Assembly: GCF_001194135.2 (NCBI RefSeq)
Contig: NC_068985.1
Span: 100,254,515-100,306,733, forward strand
DNA: 52,219 bases
Direction of reading: 5' to 3'
From: Octopus bimaculoides
Taxonomy: Eukaryota
Positions 1 through 11,829 of the stretch are shown here, in pieces; within the stretch, counting starts at the first letter, position 1; every line of letters begins with the position of its first letter. Both the position numbers and the translations under genes were made by a program. A model generated the notes under the pieces. It made no database searches and was not told the DNA's origin. It was given only the letters and a program-made list of their open reading frames with translations.

Positions 1-43
<43 letters not shown>

Positions 44-84
44 CTGTGTCTGTGTCTGTGTCTGTGTGTACATATACGAACACA

Positions 85-180
85 CCTGCTCACTGAGCTT
101 TGGTTGTCCCTAGGCTATAGTAGATAGCCGGAACAATATAGTTGGGAAACAAATTGCTGACCAACCACCCACACCTGCAT
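85..180 (-). mobile_element. Degraded SINE head (family C: GCAGGxGTGGCTGTGTGGT... tRNA-like head)
   Basis: Reverse complement atgcaggtgtgggtggttggt...ctactatagcctagggacaaccaaagct resembles the head at 10012-10118 and 43677-43800, with deletions. Confidence 0.6.
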
Positions 181-242
181 GTATTGTTTTATTACACACA
201 CACGCACACACACACACACATACACACACACACGTATTCTTT

Positions 243-350
243 CTGTTGAAGAGCGTAGCTCGAAACGTCAAAGACTTTCCGTATTCCCGAGCGTCATACT
301 AATATATCCTTTTGTTATTTACACCACCTGTCCTCGTCTGTTGTTATTAT
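243..350 (+). mobile_element. Penelope-like pseudo-LTR fragment (copy 1)
   Basis: gaagagcgtagctcgaaacgtcaaagacttt...cccgagcgtca recurs at 4746-4865 next to a Penelope GIY-YIG remnant. Confidence 0.6.
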
Positions 351-509
351 TTGTATATTCTCCCATATATATATATTTATGCATATATACACACATATAT
401 ACATATCTATACGTATTGATACACATATACATGCATACATTCGCGTATACACACATACACATATATATACATATATTTGTGCATGTAACGTAAATGTTTA
501 GATAAAAAA

Positions 510-552
<43 letters not shown>

Positions 553-784
553 GCATGTCCAGAAGCATACACACGCACACATATTATTGAGAGATATATA
601 GACACACAAGTTATTAATTAATCTACATAATAATATACAAAGACGCTTGATGCTTGGATAGTTATACATAATTACTGATTTATACATAAAGAAATAGAGA
701 AGCCATACAAACACGTATATTCCAGCGAATAAATACATTCATTCATACATACACATATATGCATATATATATATATATGCGTGT

Positions 785-828
<44 letters not shown>

Positions 829-1139
829 AAGCGAGTGCATATGTGTGCGCGTTTGCATGTGTGTACGCGTTCATGTACGAGTGTGTGTACATATGCATAT
901 ACGTTGTGCTGCATTTTATTTCATTGAATCGCTTTGATTTAACTTATGTATAGAGGGACATCTTTATGTATAGTATTAATTTAACTTACGGGTATATATT
1001 CGTTTATAAAACCATACACATTGGCAATATATTTAAAATTTAAAATATATATCTACATCTGCATTTAATGTAACTATTTTTGCGGCAATATTTCTATAAA
1101 TGTATATGTTTGTGTGTGTGTGGTGGGGACGCGAATAGT

Positions 1140-1262
1140 TCTTATATATATGTGTGTGTGTGTGTGTGTATGTGTGTGTGTGCGTGTGCGTGTGTGCGTG
1201 TGTGAGTGCGTGTGTATGTGTGTGTGTGCGTGTGTGTGTGTGTGCATGTGTGTGTGTGTGTG

Positions 1263-1295
<33 letters not shown>

Positions 1296-1443
1296 TATAT
1301 TGTTGTATATATACCACAAATATATATATGTATATATATATATGTATGCATGAGTGTGTGTGCGCGCGTTCGTGCGTGCGTGTATCGACACACTCGCAAA
1401 GCAAGTCGGTAAGCTGATAAATGTCTGAAGATATATACATACA

Positions 1444-1527
<84 letters not shown>

Positions 1528-1545
1528 CCTATATATGTGTGTTTG
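1140..1545. repeat. Compound microsatellite (GT)n/(AT)n/(ACAT)n/(AT)n
   Basis: Directly visible. Similar di- and tetranucleotide arrays occur at 1-70, 511-830, 9915-10011, 14480-14773, 27460-27720, 33730-35090 and 40958-41745. Confidence 0.97.
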
Positions 1546-3031
1546 TGTGTATATTTGTATGTACGCATGTATATATATATATATGCTGATGTATATATTT
1601 AGGTGAAAATATTGTGGTAAATGATGCTTCGAAACACATAACAGTGTATTCCAAGACAATAGTATATGTACTATATGCATGTATGTAGGTAGTTAGGTAG
1701 GTGTGTGTAAATAAACACACACACACATATATGCATGTACATTCTTATATACACACGCATAGGCACGTATATATATATATATTCACATTTGATATATTGT
1801 ATCTAATGAAATACATTCACATATAAGTTATGTTTACAATGTCTGTGTGCAAGTATCTATATCCGACAGTGCCTAATGTTATATTAGTCTGCTTTTAAAT
1901 GTGTATGTGCCTTCTTGTCTTTATCAATGTGTGTATATACATGTGTGGATGTATATTTGCCAAGACTGGCAATATACATGTTTTTAACAAAAAATATTTA
2001 AAAAAATTTAAATAAATATATGCTTGCACTTGATATTTTCAGCATTTTCCATTTTATAATTTCTCTGTTTTCTATTAGGCTGCAGGCGTTTGAATCTAGC
2101 GCAAATTTTTGATTGCTAATTGGGAAATAATGTTCTCTTCTACAAGAAAAAATAATCGCTTAATAAAAATTTCTAAAAGCAATTTTGTAATAGGTGTATT
2201 TATATAATTTTGATATTTTTTTTACATTGTTTTATACGCTATAGTTAGGTTTAAATAGCCTAATGTAGATATAACTTTGCTATATTCTCATCATTGTGGC
2301 ATGTATATAGTATGTGTAATTTTGTGTATGCAAATGTTAATTGGAGAGTGTATACATACATAAATACAGACAAATATGCACATATACAAACACGTACGCG
2401 TATATATAATGTCTTTTCCATTACATATAAGTTGGTATATTTCTATTTCATACTCATATGTAATTATCATTGTATTTACTTATGTGCATTGTGTATGTAT
2501 GTGTGTATGTGTATGTTTGCGTGCGCGTGCGCGCGTGTCTGTATACATTTACACAACAAATTCCTGCTCTGGTTAAACTAAGAATATAACGCCTTCTTTG
2601 GATGCCATATGCAGGGGCGGGGAAACAGTCGAGGAAGTCTTCTACCTGAGGGTTTCAGGGATAAAATGTCACTCTTCAGAGAAAAAGTTGCCCAGTTTTA
2701 TCCACAAACAACGCTGCTCTGATACTCTATAAAACAGGCCCAAATGTGGCCAGCACATTAATGTACTATTTTTCCTAAATGTTCATTTCACTGCTGGTCA
2801 GTAATTAAACATTGAATATTTTATGTACAACATTGAGTAAATCAGAATTTAAATAAGTTCAAATGTCATAAATCTTCTCTCTCGGTGAACTAAGAATGTA
2901 AGTGCATACTTTCTATGCCATCCAAATTCAAACATAGGAGAGAGAGTCAACTGAGCAACCGCTTTATATGTTGAATAATCCTCAGCGAACACGTATCTAC
3001 CTCCCTTCACCAGTCAATATTTGTCATTTAT

Positions 3032-3250
3032 AAGGCGGTGAGCTGGCAAAAAACGTTAGCACGCCGGGCGACATGCTTTTACCTTCTCAGTTCAAATACC
3101 ACCGAGGTCGACTTTGCCTTTCATCATTTTGGGATCGATCAAATAAATACCAGTTACGCACTAGGGTCGATGTAATCCACTTAATCTTTATGCCTGTCAT
3201 TGTTTGTCCCCGCTATGTTTAGCCCCCTATGAGCAATAAAGAAATAAATA
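3032..3250 (+). mobile_element. SINE family B (AGGCGGCGAGCTGGCAGAA head), tail type 1
   Basis: Same head, gaggtcgactttgcctttcat core and ...gcaataaagaaataa tail as the copy at 42897-43131. Confidence 0.9.
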
Positions 3251-3685
3251 TGTGTGTGTGTTTGTGTGTGTGTGTATGTGTGTGTGTGTAGTTATATCTT
3301 ATATCAATAATTATATGCATAATTATTTCAAAGGATCGGACGAACCTCTCCACAAGTACTTTTAGCGTGTGGAGAGGCTTGTCTGATCCCTTGATATAAT
3401 TAAGAATATTATTATTAATATAGTATATGAAAATTACCTATGACTTTTTTTTATTTCACGCTGACCAATTGATAAGATCATTAAAGTGATTTCATCCTTT
3501 ATTTTATATAGAATATAAATAAAAAATACATTTGTGTAGTTATATCGATATGCTTATTATGTTGAATAAAATTTCCATTCATAAATTACCTACTATCTAG
3601 TACTATTTTCTTAGAGTTTCAAATATATGCATAAGTGTATGAGCAATCGCAAACATGTATGTATTCTACATGTTTGTAAATGTGT

Positions 3686-3738
3686 TATTTGTTTACTACC
3701 CACCAGGGGCTACACACAGAGGGGACAAACAAGGACAG
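3686..3738 (-). mobile_element. 5'-truncated insertion of family-B tail 1 only, with 18-bp target-site duplication
   Basis: acatgtttgtaaatgtgt at 3668-3685 and 3739-3756 flanks a 53-bp piece matching tail 1 (ggggacaaacaaggacag). Confidence 0.8.
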
Positions 3739-4089
3739 ACATGTTTGTAAATGTGTGCGAGTTTGTAGTGTGTACTTTGGAGTCTGTATAGATATACGCA
3801 TATATTTGCATAAATCCGTGCCTTAAAAATGTCTGCATATAGATGTGTATGACTTTCTCTACATGCTGAAAGAGTATTGAATTTTCGCGTATCAATAATT
3901 CTATTGGTTGAAATATATTTGCATACTAATGTATTATTTGGCATATTTCAGCTGCAAACAATTTCTTGTTATAGCCATATTTATATTCGTGTCTCTACTC
4001 GTGTTCTAGCGTACAGAAACTATAACTACCTACTACAGATATACATACATATGTGTCTACACATACACACAAACACTCATATAAGTATA

Positions 4090-4270
4090 TCACATGTGGA
4101 TTGGTGGCGATTTTTTCCCACCGTCTTGCTTTTCTCTTGAACTTTACTCTGTCTCCTGTTTCTCAAGAAACGCTTTGCACGAAACGTAAAACCATCTTTC
4201 GTTCTTTCCCTGAGCGTCTGCTAATGCTTTGCATGTACCACGTCCTCACGTTGTTGTTTTACACATACAG
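4090..4270 (+). mobile_element. Penelope-like pseudo-LTR fragment (divergent variant)
   Basis: ctcaagaaacgctttgcacgaaacgtaaaacc...cctgagcgtc has the same layout as 243-350 and 4746-4865 and lies next to the GIY-YIG remnant. Confidence 0.45.
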
Positions 4271-4379
4271 AAATATGTGTATGTATATATATATATATAT
4301 NNNNNNNNNNNNNNNNNNNNNNNNNNNNNNNAAACATCCATTTCTTATCTAGCGTGAACTCGACATATCTTCAGTTTCT

Positions 4380-4720
4380 CTAAACGATAACTTTTCTCTG
4401 CAAAGAATGCTTTTTTAAAGCACAAGAACGCCGGTAATAATTGAAGAAGCATTCCTCTGAAAAAATTATGACCGGGCGAGTTGTCTTCCTTCGCTTGATA
4501 GCTAGGTTTTCCAATTTTGAAGTTAAAATTTCCGAAAATGTGAACGACTTCCCACGGCTTCCGTCCTGGAGTTCAGGTAGCATCCTGGCTGAAGAATTAT
4601 ATATTTTTCTACCATACACAATTTACACAGATTTGTTTCATTGCGATAAGGTCCACAAGTTTCTAATAATTTCCACCTGATGCTAAAGGGCGTGTGATCG
4701 TCCTTTAGGCGCATTCAATC
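4380..4720 (-). mobile_element. Penelope-like retroelement remnant, C-terminal GIY-YIG endonuclease region
   Basis: ORF 4523-4714 (IRWKLLETCGPYRNETNLCKLCMVEKYII...LNSRTE...SHFRKF) fits the PLE C-terminal pattern IxWxI...PY...CxLCxxEK...LNxRxE...HxxKF. Confidence 0.8.
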
Positions 4721-4745
4721 TCTGTTTATTTACTCTTATTTCTTT

Positions 4746-4865
4746 CTTTTGAAGAGTGTAGGCTCGAAACGTAAAAGACTTTCTCACTTTCCCGAGCGTC
4801 AAACTAATACACCTGCTTGTTGTTCATAGACCTGTCTTTCTCTTTTGTTTTACTGTAAATTTGAG
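4746..4865 (+). mobile_element. Penelope-like pseudo-LTR fragment (copy 2)
   Basis: gaagagtgtaggctcgaaacgtaaaagacttt...cccgagcgtcaaactaata is homologous to 243-350 and abuts the PLE ORF remnant. Confidence 0.6.
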
Positions 4866-5456
4866 ATATATACATACATATATATAAGCTGTTAACACAT
4901 TTAGTAAAAGAAAGTTATAAACAAAATTAATAATCATGGTAAGTTGGTTAAAACCTTAGATGGCTGTTTAGGTGGGAAACTTGATATTTTAAATAAATAT
5001 GGGGTAATATCTAGTCTTCAGCTTAGCAAATATTCGTAAAAATTTGAAGGTTTACGATTCCAGTCATTTGCTTACTACGTCACCAATATTGAGACAATTG
5101 AGAAAGTGGTAATTACGCACTACGTCATCAATAATGTATTTCACTCATAAAAATATTAAATTAATTTCAATCGTGTTTTGTTTTGGTAAAAATTTTATAA
5201 GGCTTGGACTTTCATTATAGTAGTATCTATGGAAGACCGGTGGGATTATTATTGATATGGACTTAAAGATTGATCGCAATTTAGCATATAATTTAGTTAT
5301 TGCAGTTTAGTATTAATAGCAATACAATTTACATTGGTTTATATGTATCTTGTTGTAGTTTTAGCAAAGTTAGTGTTTAATCCTACCTATATATTGATTC
5401 ATTGAAATAATGTGGTTATTAAGCTTTTTTATTTTTATATTAATCTACGGAAATAA

Positions 5457-5905
5457 GTGAGGAGGGTCGTTTCCACTGCATTGACTGTTTCATTGTCTCT
5501 GGCTTACAGTGATGAAGCCAACACTTATACTAGCGTATGGAAACGTTCAAGATAACGAGCCGGATCTGACTTGCACAATGTCAGATTTTTCCGTAAAGTG
5601 ATCAACTTGGTGCACTTTTCATCAGGTGTCAGAAGACTTGGCAACCATCGAGTAGAAACGTTTGTCATGTCAAGTTCGTTGAGCAGAATATTTTCAACTC
5701 TCTCACAGGATATGCTAATAACATTGGCTATTTGATTTATAGACAATCACTTGTCATCCATCAGCTTGTAGTGAATACAATCAATGTTTTCCTCGGTGGT
5801 AGCAATTGCAGGACGTCCAGTATTAGTGTCATGTTCAAGACATTCCCTTCCCCTCCCAACTTCAGCTGCCTACTTTCATTATCTCCTAATGTAGTTCAGC
5901 CCATT
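5457..5905 (-). mobile_element. Mariner (Tc1/mariner) transposase pseudogene fragment
   Basis: Minus-strand translation across stops and frameshifts: AAEVGRGRECLEHDTNTGRPAIATTEENID...LSINQIA...VSTRWLPSLLTPDEK...ERF...CWLHHCKPETMKQSMQWKRPSS. This matches the mariner HTH region, the WVPxxLT motif and the region around the first catalytic Asp. Confidence 0.9.
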
Positions 5906-6181
5906 GCTTTCATTAGTGCTCGTTCTTTGTCTCTCACTATTATAAAAACGGTGGCATAAATGAAGGTTTTGGGTATATTTTAGGACAAAGCTTTAGCTCT
6001 CAGAACAAACCCTTAACAAGTTGCTAGATACAACGTGAGGCGGCAGATGAGTTGTCTAGTCATTAAACAATTTAAAAAACTGTGTGAGTGGGTCGAAACT
6101 GGTAAAACTAAAAGACTTACATTGTTTATGGGGTTGGGTAATCGCGAGAACTGGAAAATTGTATTGCACTTATGTATAGAA

Positions 6182-6480
6182 TTTTTTTTTTATCTATGCG
6201 CCCTTTCAAAGCCTAGCCAGGGTCATGGGCTCGGTTTTCCCAGCTTCTATGGTGTATGTGCTTCCCCCCTCCCCAACTGGATAGGTCGCCAGTCCATCGC
6301 AGCTTTACTCAAGAAACAGGAGGAAAGAGAGAGAAATTTGGGGCGAAAGAATATAACAGGAATCGCCAACACCCCCTGCCGGAGCCTCGTGGAGCTTTAA
6401 GTGTTTTCGTTCAATAAACACACGCAACGCCCGGTATGGGAATCGAAACCGCGATTCTCTGACTGCGGGTCCGCTGCTCT
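6182..6480 (-). mobile_element. SINE family A head with beta tail and poly(A); head cut by N-gap
   Basis: tRNA-like B-box (gcggtttcgattccca), aaagctccacgaggctccggcagg body, and the same tail as 32812-33133. Confidence 0.85.
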
Positions 6481-6974
6481 NNNNNNNNNNNNNNNNNNNN
6501 NNNNNNNNNNNNNNNNNNNNNNNNNNNNNNNNNNNNNNNNNNNNNNNNNNNNNNNNNNNNNNNNNNNNNNNNNNNNNNNNNNNNNNNNNNNNNNNNNNNN
6601 NNNNNNNNNNNNNNNNNNNNNNNNNNNNNNNNNNNNNNNNNNNNNNNNNNNNNNNNNNNNNNNNNNNNNNNNNNNNNNNNNNNNNNNNNNNNNNNNNNNN
6701 NNNNNNNNNNNNNNNNNNNNNNNNNNNNNNNNNNNNNNNNNNNNNNNNNNNNNNNNNNNNNNNNNNNNGTCCGTTTTTTTTTTTTTGTTCTCTTCTGATC
6801 GCATGTATACTTTTTGTGGTTTTATTTAACGGTCATTTATTATTGCTGTATCACATTTTATTGGATTCATTTATTTTCTTCTTAGCTTTGATTCCATGAA
6901 TGCATTATTCTATTGCGTATATAAGAAGAATTCTTCACCATATCTTAGTTCCTCATGTAGAAGTACAATCGTCA

Positions 6975-7399
6975 CTTAAGTGGCTAACGGTGCAAATCAA
7001 GCACCAGTATTGCTAGAAATAAGAGTCAAAACAACTACTAGCCACGTGCAAAGCAGTTATCTAGTGATTGACAAGGGAGACAACCTGCCTACAGCAAGCG
7101 GGAATGTCGGATCATTCATGGTCTCGGATTAAATAAATCCCCTTTAGTAACGCTTACTCTGTTTCCTGGAGTTAAATTGAACTCGCCTTGTCAGTTTATA
7201 GAAAATGCCATAGGAATCAGTGACTGATTCGGTAAAATGTTCAAGTGAAAATTATAAATTATTAAGGTGGCTTGTCACAATTTAAAAACTAAAAGGCACA
7301 AACAAGTACTATTGTCCTTAAAGTGACTAAGGTTGCAAGCTGACACCAGCGTTGCTAGAAATAAGAGTCAAAACAACACTTAGCCACGGGCAAAGCAGT
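6975..7399 (+). repeat. Imperfect ~85-bp direct repeat, period ~342 bp
   Basis: ttgctagaaataagagtcaaaacaac is identical in 7002-7057 and 7344-7399, and similarity extends about 30 bp upstream. Confidence 0.85.
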
Positions 7400-7526
7400 A
7401 TTCATCGTCTCCGAAAAGATGAAAGGCAAAGTTAACTCCGGCGGCATTTGAACTATGAACGTGAAGACTGGCGAAATACCTCTGCTTTACGCTCTGCGTA
7501 CTAACGATTCTACCACCTCGCCGCAT
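7400..7526 (-). mobile_element. SINE family B, 5' part
   Basis: Reverse complement gives gcggcgaggtggtagaatcgttagt...caaatgccgccggagttaactttgcctttcat. Confidence 0.8.
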
Positions 7527-7575
7527 TATATATATTATAATCACAAATAGTAATGTTAATAATGCTACTAATATT

Positions 7576-7793
7576 CTTTTGTACTCTAGACACAAGGCCC
7601 GAAATTTTTGGGGAGGGTTCAGTCGATTCGATCGACCCAAGTACGCAAACTGGTACTTGATTTATCGATCCCGAAAGGATGAATGCCAAAGTCAACCAAG
7701 GCGGAATTTGAATTTAGAACGTAAAGACAGACGAAATACCGCTAAGCATTTCGCCCTGCGTGCTAACCTTTCCACCAGCTCACCGCCTTATTG
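7576..7793 (-). mobile_element. SINE family B, tail type 2, with 16-bp TSD
   Basis: Full head-to-tail copy. taatgctactaatatt occurs at 7560-7575 and 7794-7809. Confidence 0.92.
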
Positions 7794-8115
7794 TAATGCT
7801 ACTAATATTACTTGCTACCTCTGCTCTCTCTAATACTACTAATTTGAATTGTTTAATATTCGTGTGGAAGAATGTTTGTTGGTATCATCGACTAGTTTTC
7901 ATCTTATCTAAGATTCTGCAGTATTTCATATCGAACGGTATGTAGGCCAAGTTAAATACAAGAAATTACTTAGTTTGGGCTTCGTATCTACCGATTTGTA
8001 ATCAAATATCAGTCTATCAAGTTGTGTAAATATACTAATATTAGCAACATAATTTTAGAAAAATATACATAACTCCGGGTTAAGAAACTCTCGAAAATGT
8101 TTCTAATTCCGTTTG

Positions 8116-8495
8116 AGACACAAGCATGGCTGTCTGGTTAAAGAAGATCACTTAGCAAATAAAAGGTTTCGGGTTCCGTCCCACTGTGCGTCACTTAGGT
8201 TAGACGTCTTCTACTGCAGTGTTCGGCCGCCCAATCACTTGTGGGTGAATTTGGTTATCGGAAACCTTTGTAAGCCTGTAAGATATATATGTGTGTTCCT
8301 GTGAGCGCGTATATGTGTGTGCGTACGTGCGTTTGAGTGTAGTCATAGTGTATTTATACATACGTAACTTACCGGTTCGTTGGCAAGACACCGATAGAAT
8401 AAGTACCAGAGTGAAAATACAAGCAGTAGAGTCTATGTGTATAACTAAATATTTCGAGGGCTAACACCAGCACGGCCGCATTCTTTCAAGTAAAA
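8116..8495 (+). mobile_element. Old SINE family C copy (head, internal microsatellite, tail)
   Basis: gcatggctgtctggtt...gggttccgtcccactg head and cgtaacttaccggttcg...accgatagaataagtacc tail, homologous to 43677-43800 and 31140-31362. Confidence 0.75.
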
Positions 8496-9932
8496 CAATT
8501 CGAAAAATATGTGAAATAAATGATTTCCTAATTATTTTTATTTCAATTCCGGATAAGAAGTTAATTATTGGTTCTGTAGTATTGCGAAGTGTAGTGCTCA
8601 CTAGTGGTATCCATTTTAAGCTTCATTGTTTTTGAGTATTATGCGATTTAATTGTCTTAGTTATGCTAACGACAAGCTCCGAGATTTGGTCGATCCATAT
8701 CTTCCACAGAGATTTTGACTTTTTTTTGAGAAACAATCTATACATCTGGGTACTAATTTTAGTGCAGAATTGGGTACTATTGCTAATTACTTTTGATATT
8801 TTCTGTTCGAATTATCAACAGCATTACATTTATTTGATGAAGTTGTCTGTAACAAACCACCTGAGATGAGATAGCTCATCACATTAAATGTGGAGGCGAG
8901 AACACTGTGACAACATCACGTTAATATATTGTGTTGAGTTTTCATTGTCTTATGTGTTAGCAGTGATAGAAAAGAAACGCTAACTTTTTTATTATATTTT
9001 CAGTTTCCTACAGCTATATCAGAGTGAAACTGAATCTATGTACATTTATTAGTCGCAGCGTATGGCAGATGGTAGTGACTAATGAAGATAGGAAAATGAT
9101 GCTGAACAAAAATAAAAATGTTCAACTATATATATACTACATTGATAAAATATCAAATGCATTTAGACGGGGAATAAATATTTATTACAGCGTAGAAAAG
9201 TTGAGAAATACCAAATCGTATGTAATGAAGTTACTTCGATTAAAGATTTAGTTGTGCTTCAGATAGCAAAATATAATAGTCTTTTAGATCGAATCTATGA
9301 ATGTAGGAGGCAAAGTTGAGATAGTTGAAATTATCAGCAGTAGAATAATGGAAATAATGACGCTGCGTTATGAGTAAGGGTTATATGTAAGTACCAATTT
9401 ATTATGCAGATTGCTCCTGAATTTGTAGGTCAAGAATACAAATGGCTTCGTGGTGATTCTTTTCACATTCATTAGATATTGCATTTTCACGGTGTGTTTC
9501 TAAAGTAAATCATCTTACTGTATCCTATAATTGCCCAGTCTGCACTCTAAGTAGGGTTTTGCATAAGATCTACAAACTAATGAACTACTCTTGAAATATG
9601 CAACGTTCACCAAGATTTCAGGACACGTAATTGCACATAAGTTCATTACACTGTCTTATGATATGCATTATTTGGTATTACATGCATAATTCATATACAC
9701 AATAACGCAAATAGGAATCCAAATTTTATCGATAACAACAGCAATACTAATTATATTTTCTCATTGCTATTTGGGTAACATATACACATAATTTTACTGA
9801 AGAGAAATCTAAAATGTGAACAGCAAATACAAAATATATTGAGTGACAATATAAATTACGCTAGAGTGTATACAGTCACAAACACCAACCATAATAACCT
9901 TGCCGACACAATTACACACACACACACACACG

Positions 9933-10011
<79 letters not shown>

Positions 10012-10015
<4 letters not shown>

Positions 10016-10203
10016 AGGAGTGGCTGTGTGGTAAGTAGCTTGCTTACCAACCACATGGTTCCGGGTTCAATCCCACTGCGTGGCACCTTGGGAAAGTGTC
10101 TTCTACTATAGCCTCGGGTCGATGTAATCGACTTAATCCCTTTGCCTGTCCTTGTGTGTCCCCCTCCATATTTAGCCCCTTGTGAGCAATAAAGAAACAA
10201 GAA
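10012..10203 (+). mobile_element. Chimeric SINE: family C head joined to family B tail 1
   Basis: The C head runs to ...tatagcctcgggtcga, then continues as tgtaatcgacttaatccc...gcaataaagaaacaaga (B tail 1). The junction is at the shared gggtcga. Confidence 0.8.
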
Positions 10204-10398
10204 ATGTTAGCACGCCGGGCGAAATGCTTAGCGGTATTTCGTCTGTCTTTAGGTTTGAGTTCAAATTCCGCCGAGGTCGACTTTGCCTTTCATCTTTTCG
10301 GGGTCGATAGATTAAGTACCAGTTCTGTACTGGGTCGATCTATCGACTGGCCCCCCTCCCCCAAAATTTCGGGTCATGTGCTTTGAGTAGAAAAGAAT
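10201..10398 (+). mobile_element. SINE family B lacking its first ~17 nt, tail type 2
   Basis: Begins at gaaatgttagcacgccgggcg and ends ...gagtagaaaagaat. Confidence 0.88.
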
Positions 10399-10676
10399 AC
10401 TCCTCACATATTATTCAACAGAGGTAGGAATTCTTTCATTTCGATTCCTGGTTTAGATGTGGCTTGAATTTTATGAGCATTTTCCTTCTATCTGGTATAG
10501 AATAGCTCTGTCTTCATCCTAGCCATCTGCATCGTATTACTTATATTTTTTGAAGGTGTATCCTGTGCAATCGACATTACGGAGGTGCCAAACCAGTCCA
10601 ATACAAACGTGCAATGCTTCACATGATTATACATACAATTCGAACCATTGATACAAAAATATATAAGGACAGCTGT

Positions 10677-11028
10677 TATTGGCACTCCGTCGCTTACGAC
10701 GTCGAGGGTTCCAGTTGAACCGATCAACGGAACAGCCTGCTCGTGAAATTAACGTGCACGTGGCTGAGCACTCCACAGACACGTGTACCCGTAACGTAGT
10801 TCTCGGGGATATTCAGCGTAACACAGTGTGACAAGGCTGACCCTTTGAATTACAGGCACAACAGAAACAGGAAGTAAGAGTGAGAGAAAGTTGTGGTGAG
10901 AGAGTACAGCAGGGTTCGCCACCATCCTCTGCCGGAGTCTCGTCGAGCTTTAAGGTCTGGGAATCGAAACCGCGATCCTATGACCGCGAGTCCGCTGCCC
11001 TAACCACTGGACCATTGCGCGTCCACAC
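10677..11028 (-). mobile_element. SINE family A with alpha tail and 12-bp TSD
   Basis: tRNA-like head gtggacgcgcaatggtccagtggttagggcagcgg...gtttcgattccc. The tail ends gacggagtgcc. aaggacagctgt occurs at 10665-10676 and 11029-11040. Confidence 0.93.
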
Positions 11029-11489
11029 AAGGACAGCTGTATAAAGAAGAGTAATAGAGTGAAGATCTGCCTCATCGCAGGCTGTAATTGTTTTCCCTAG
11101 AGAAGAAATATTTAGAAAGTGGAGATAAGATACAACAATTTGGCACTTGCAAGTATTTCCATCTGGGTTAAAGTGATTTGACCTTATATTTTGAACTCTG
11201 GCCAACTTTGGTCGAGAAAATTATAAGATGAATATCTGTGACTAGTTTAGTTTTCTGAATATTTTACCAGATGTACAAGCATTGAAAGTTTCTGTTGTAA
11301 TGAACTGTATTCAAAAGCCTACAATGACCTGGACTACGTTTATTCAAATGCTTTTCCTTTATTTCGAATGCATAAGACAGATATGTAAAAAGATGTAAGG
11401 GTATACACAACGAAAAGTCAAATATGATTACATTCGCAAGCGCGCGTGCGCATACACATTCACTCTCACATACGTAAATGTACACATAC

Positions 11490-11527
<38 letters not shown>

Positions 11528-11774
11528 TAAGGTTTTTAAACTTTTAAATTTTCATATTCAAAAGAGACAGAGACGGTTGCTACATCCTCTGGGAAAAAAA
11601 TTATTATNNNNNNNNNNNNNNNNNNNNNNNNNNNNNNNNNNNNNNNNNNNNNNNNNNNNNNNNNNNNNNNNNNNNNNNNNNNNNNNNNNNNNNNNNNNNN
11701 NNNNNNNNNNNNNNNNNNNNNNNNNNNNNNNNNNNNNNNNNNNNATATATATACATATATATACAACCACATAT

Positions 11775-11829
11775 GCATATATAGATAGACAGACAGATGG
11801 ACGGACAGACAGACAGATAGGCAGGTAGG

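Noticed and set aside
179-1726. Long ORFs rich in YI/HT/CV dipeptides here and throughout the window
   Set aside because: They are translations of (AT)n, (CA)n and (GT)n microsatellites, which lack stop codons.
5073-5135. Repeated actacgtca(c/t)caata motif in an AT-rich block
   Set aside because: Probably internal to an unidentified DNA-transposon-like repeat. No termini could be defined.
6397-6829. ORFs spanning N-runs (also 17591-18230, 33655-34353, 35419-36351, 40920-41777 and others)
   Set aside because: They are open only because X codons cross assembly gaps.
10501-10555. Signal-peptide-like reading NSSVFILAICIVLLIFFEG between AG and GT
   Set aside because: There is no in-frame ATG, the donor is weak, and hydrophobic strings arise easily in T-rich DNA.
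10980-11028. tRNA gene candidates at SINE heads (also 33060-33133, 44910-44975)
   Set aside because: They have A/B-box similarity only, no complete cloverleaf, and are embedded in repeats with tails and TSDs.
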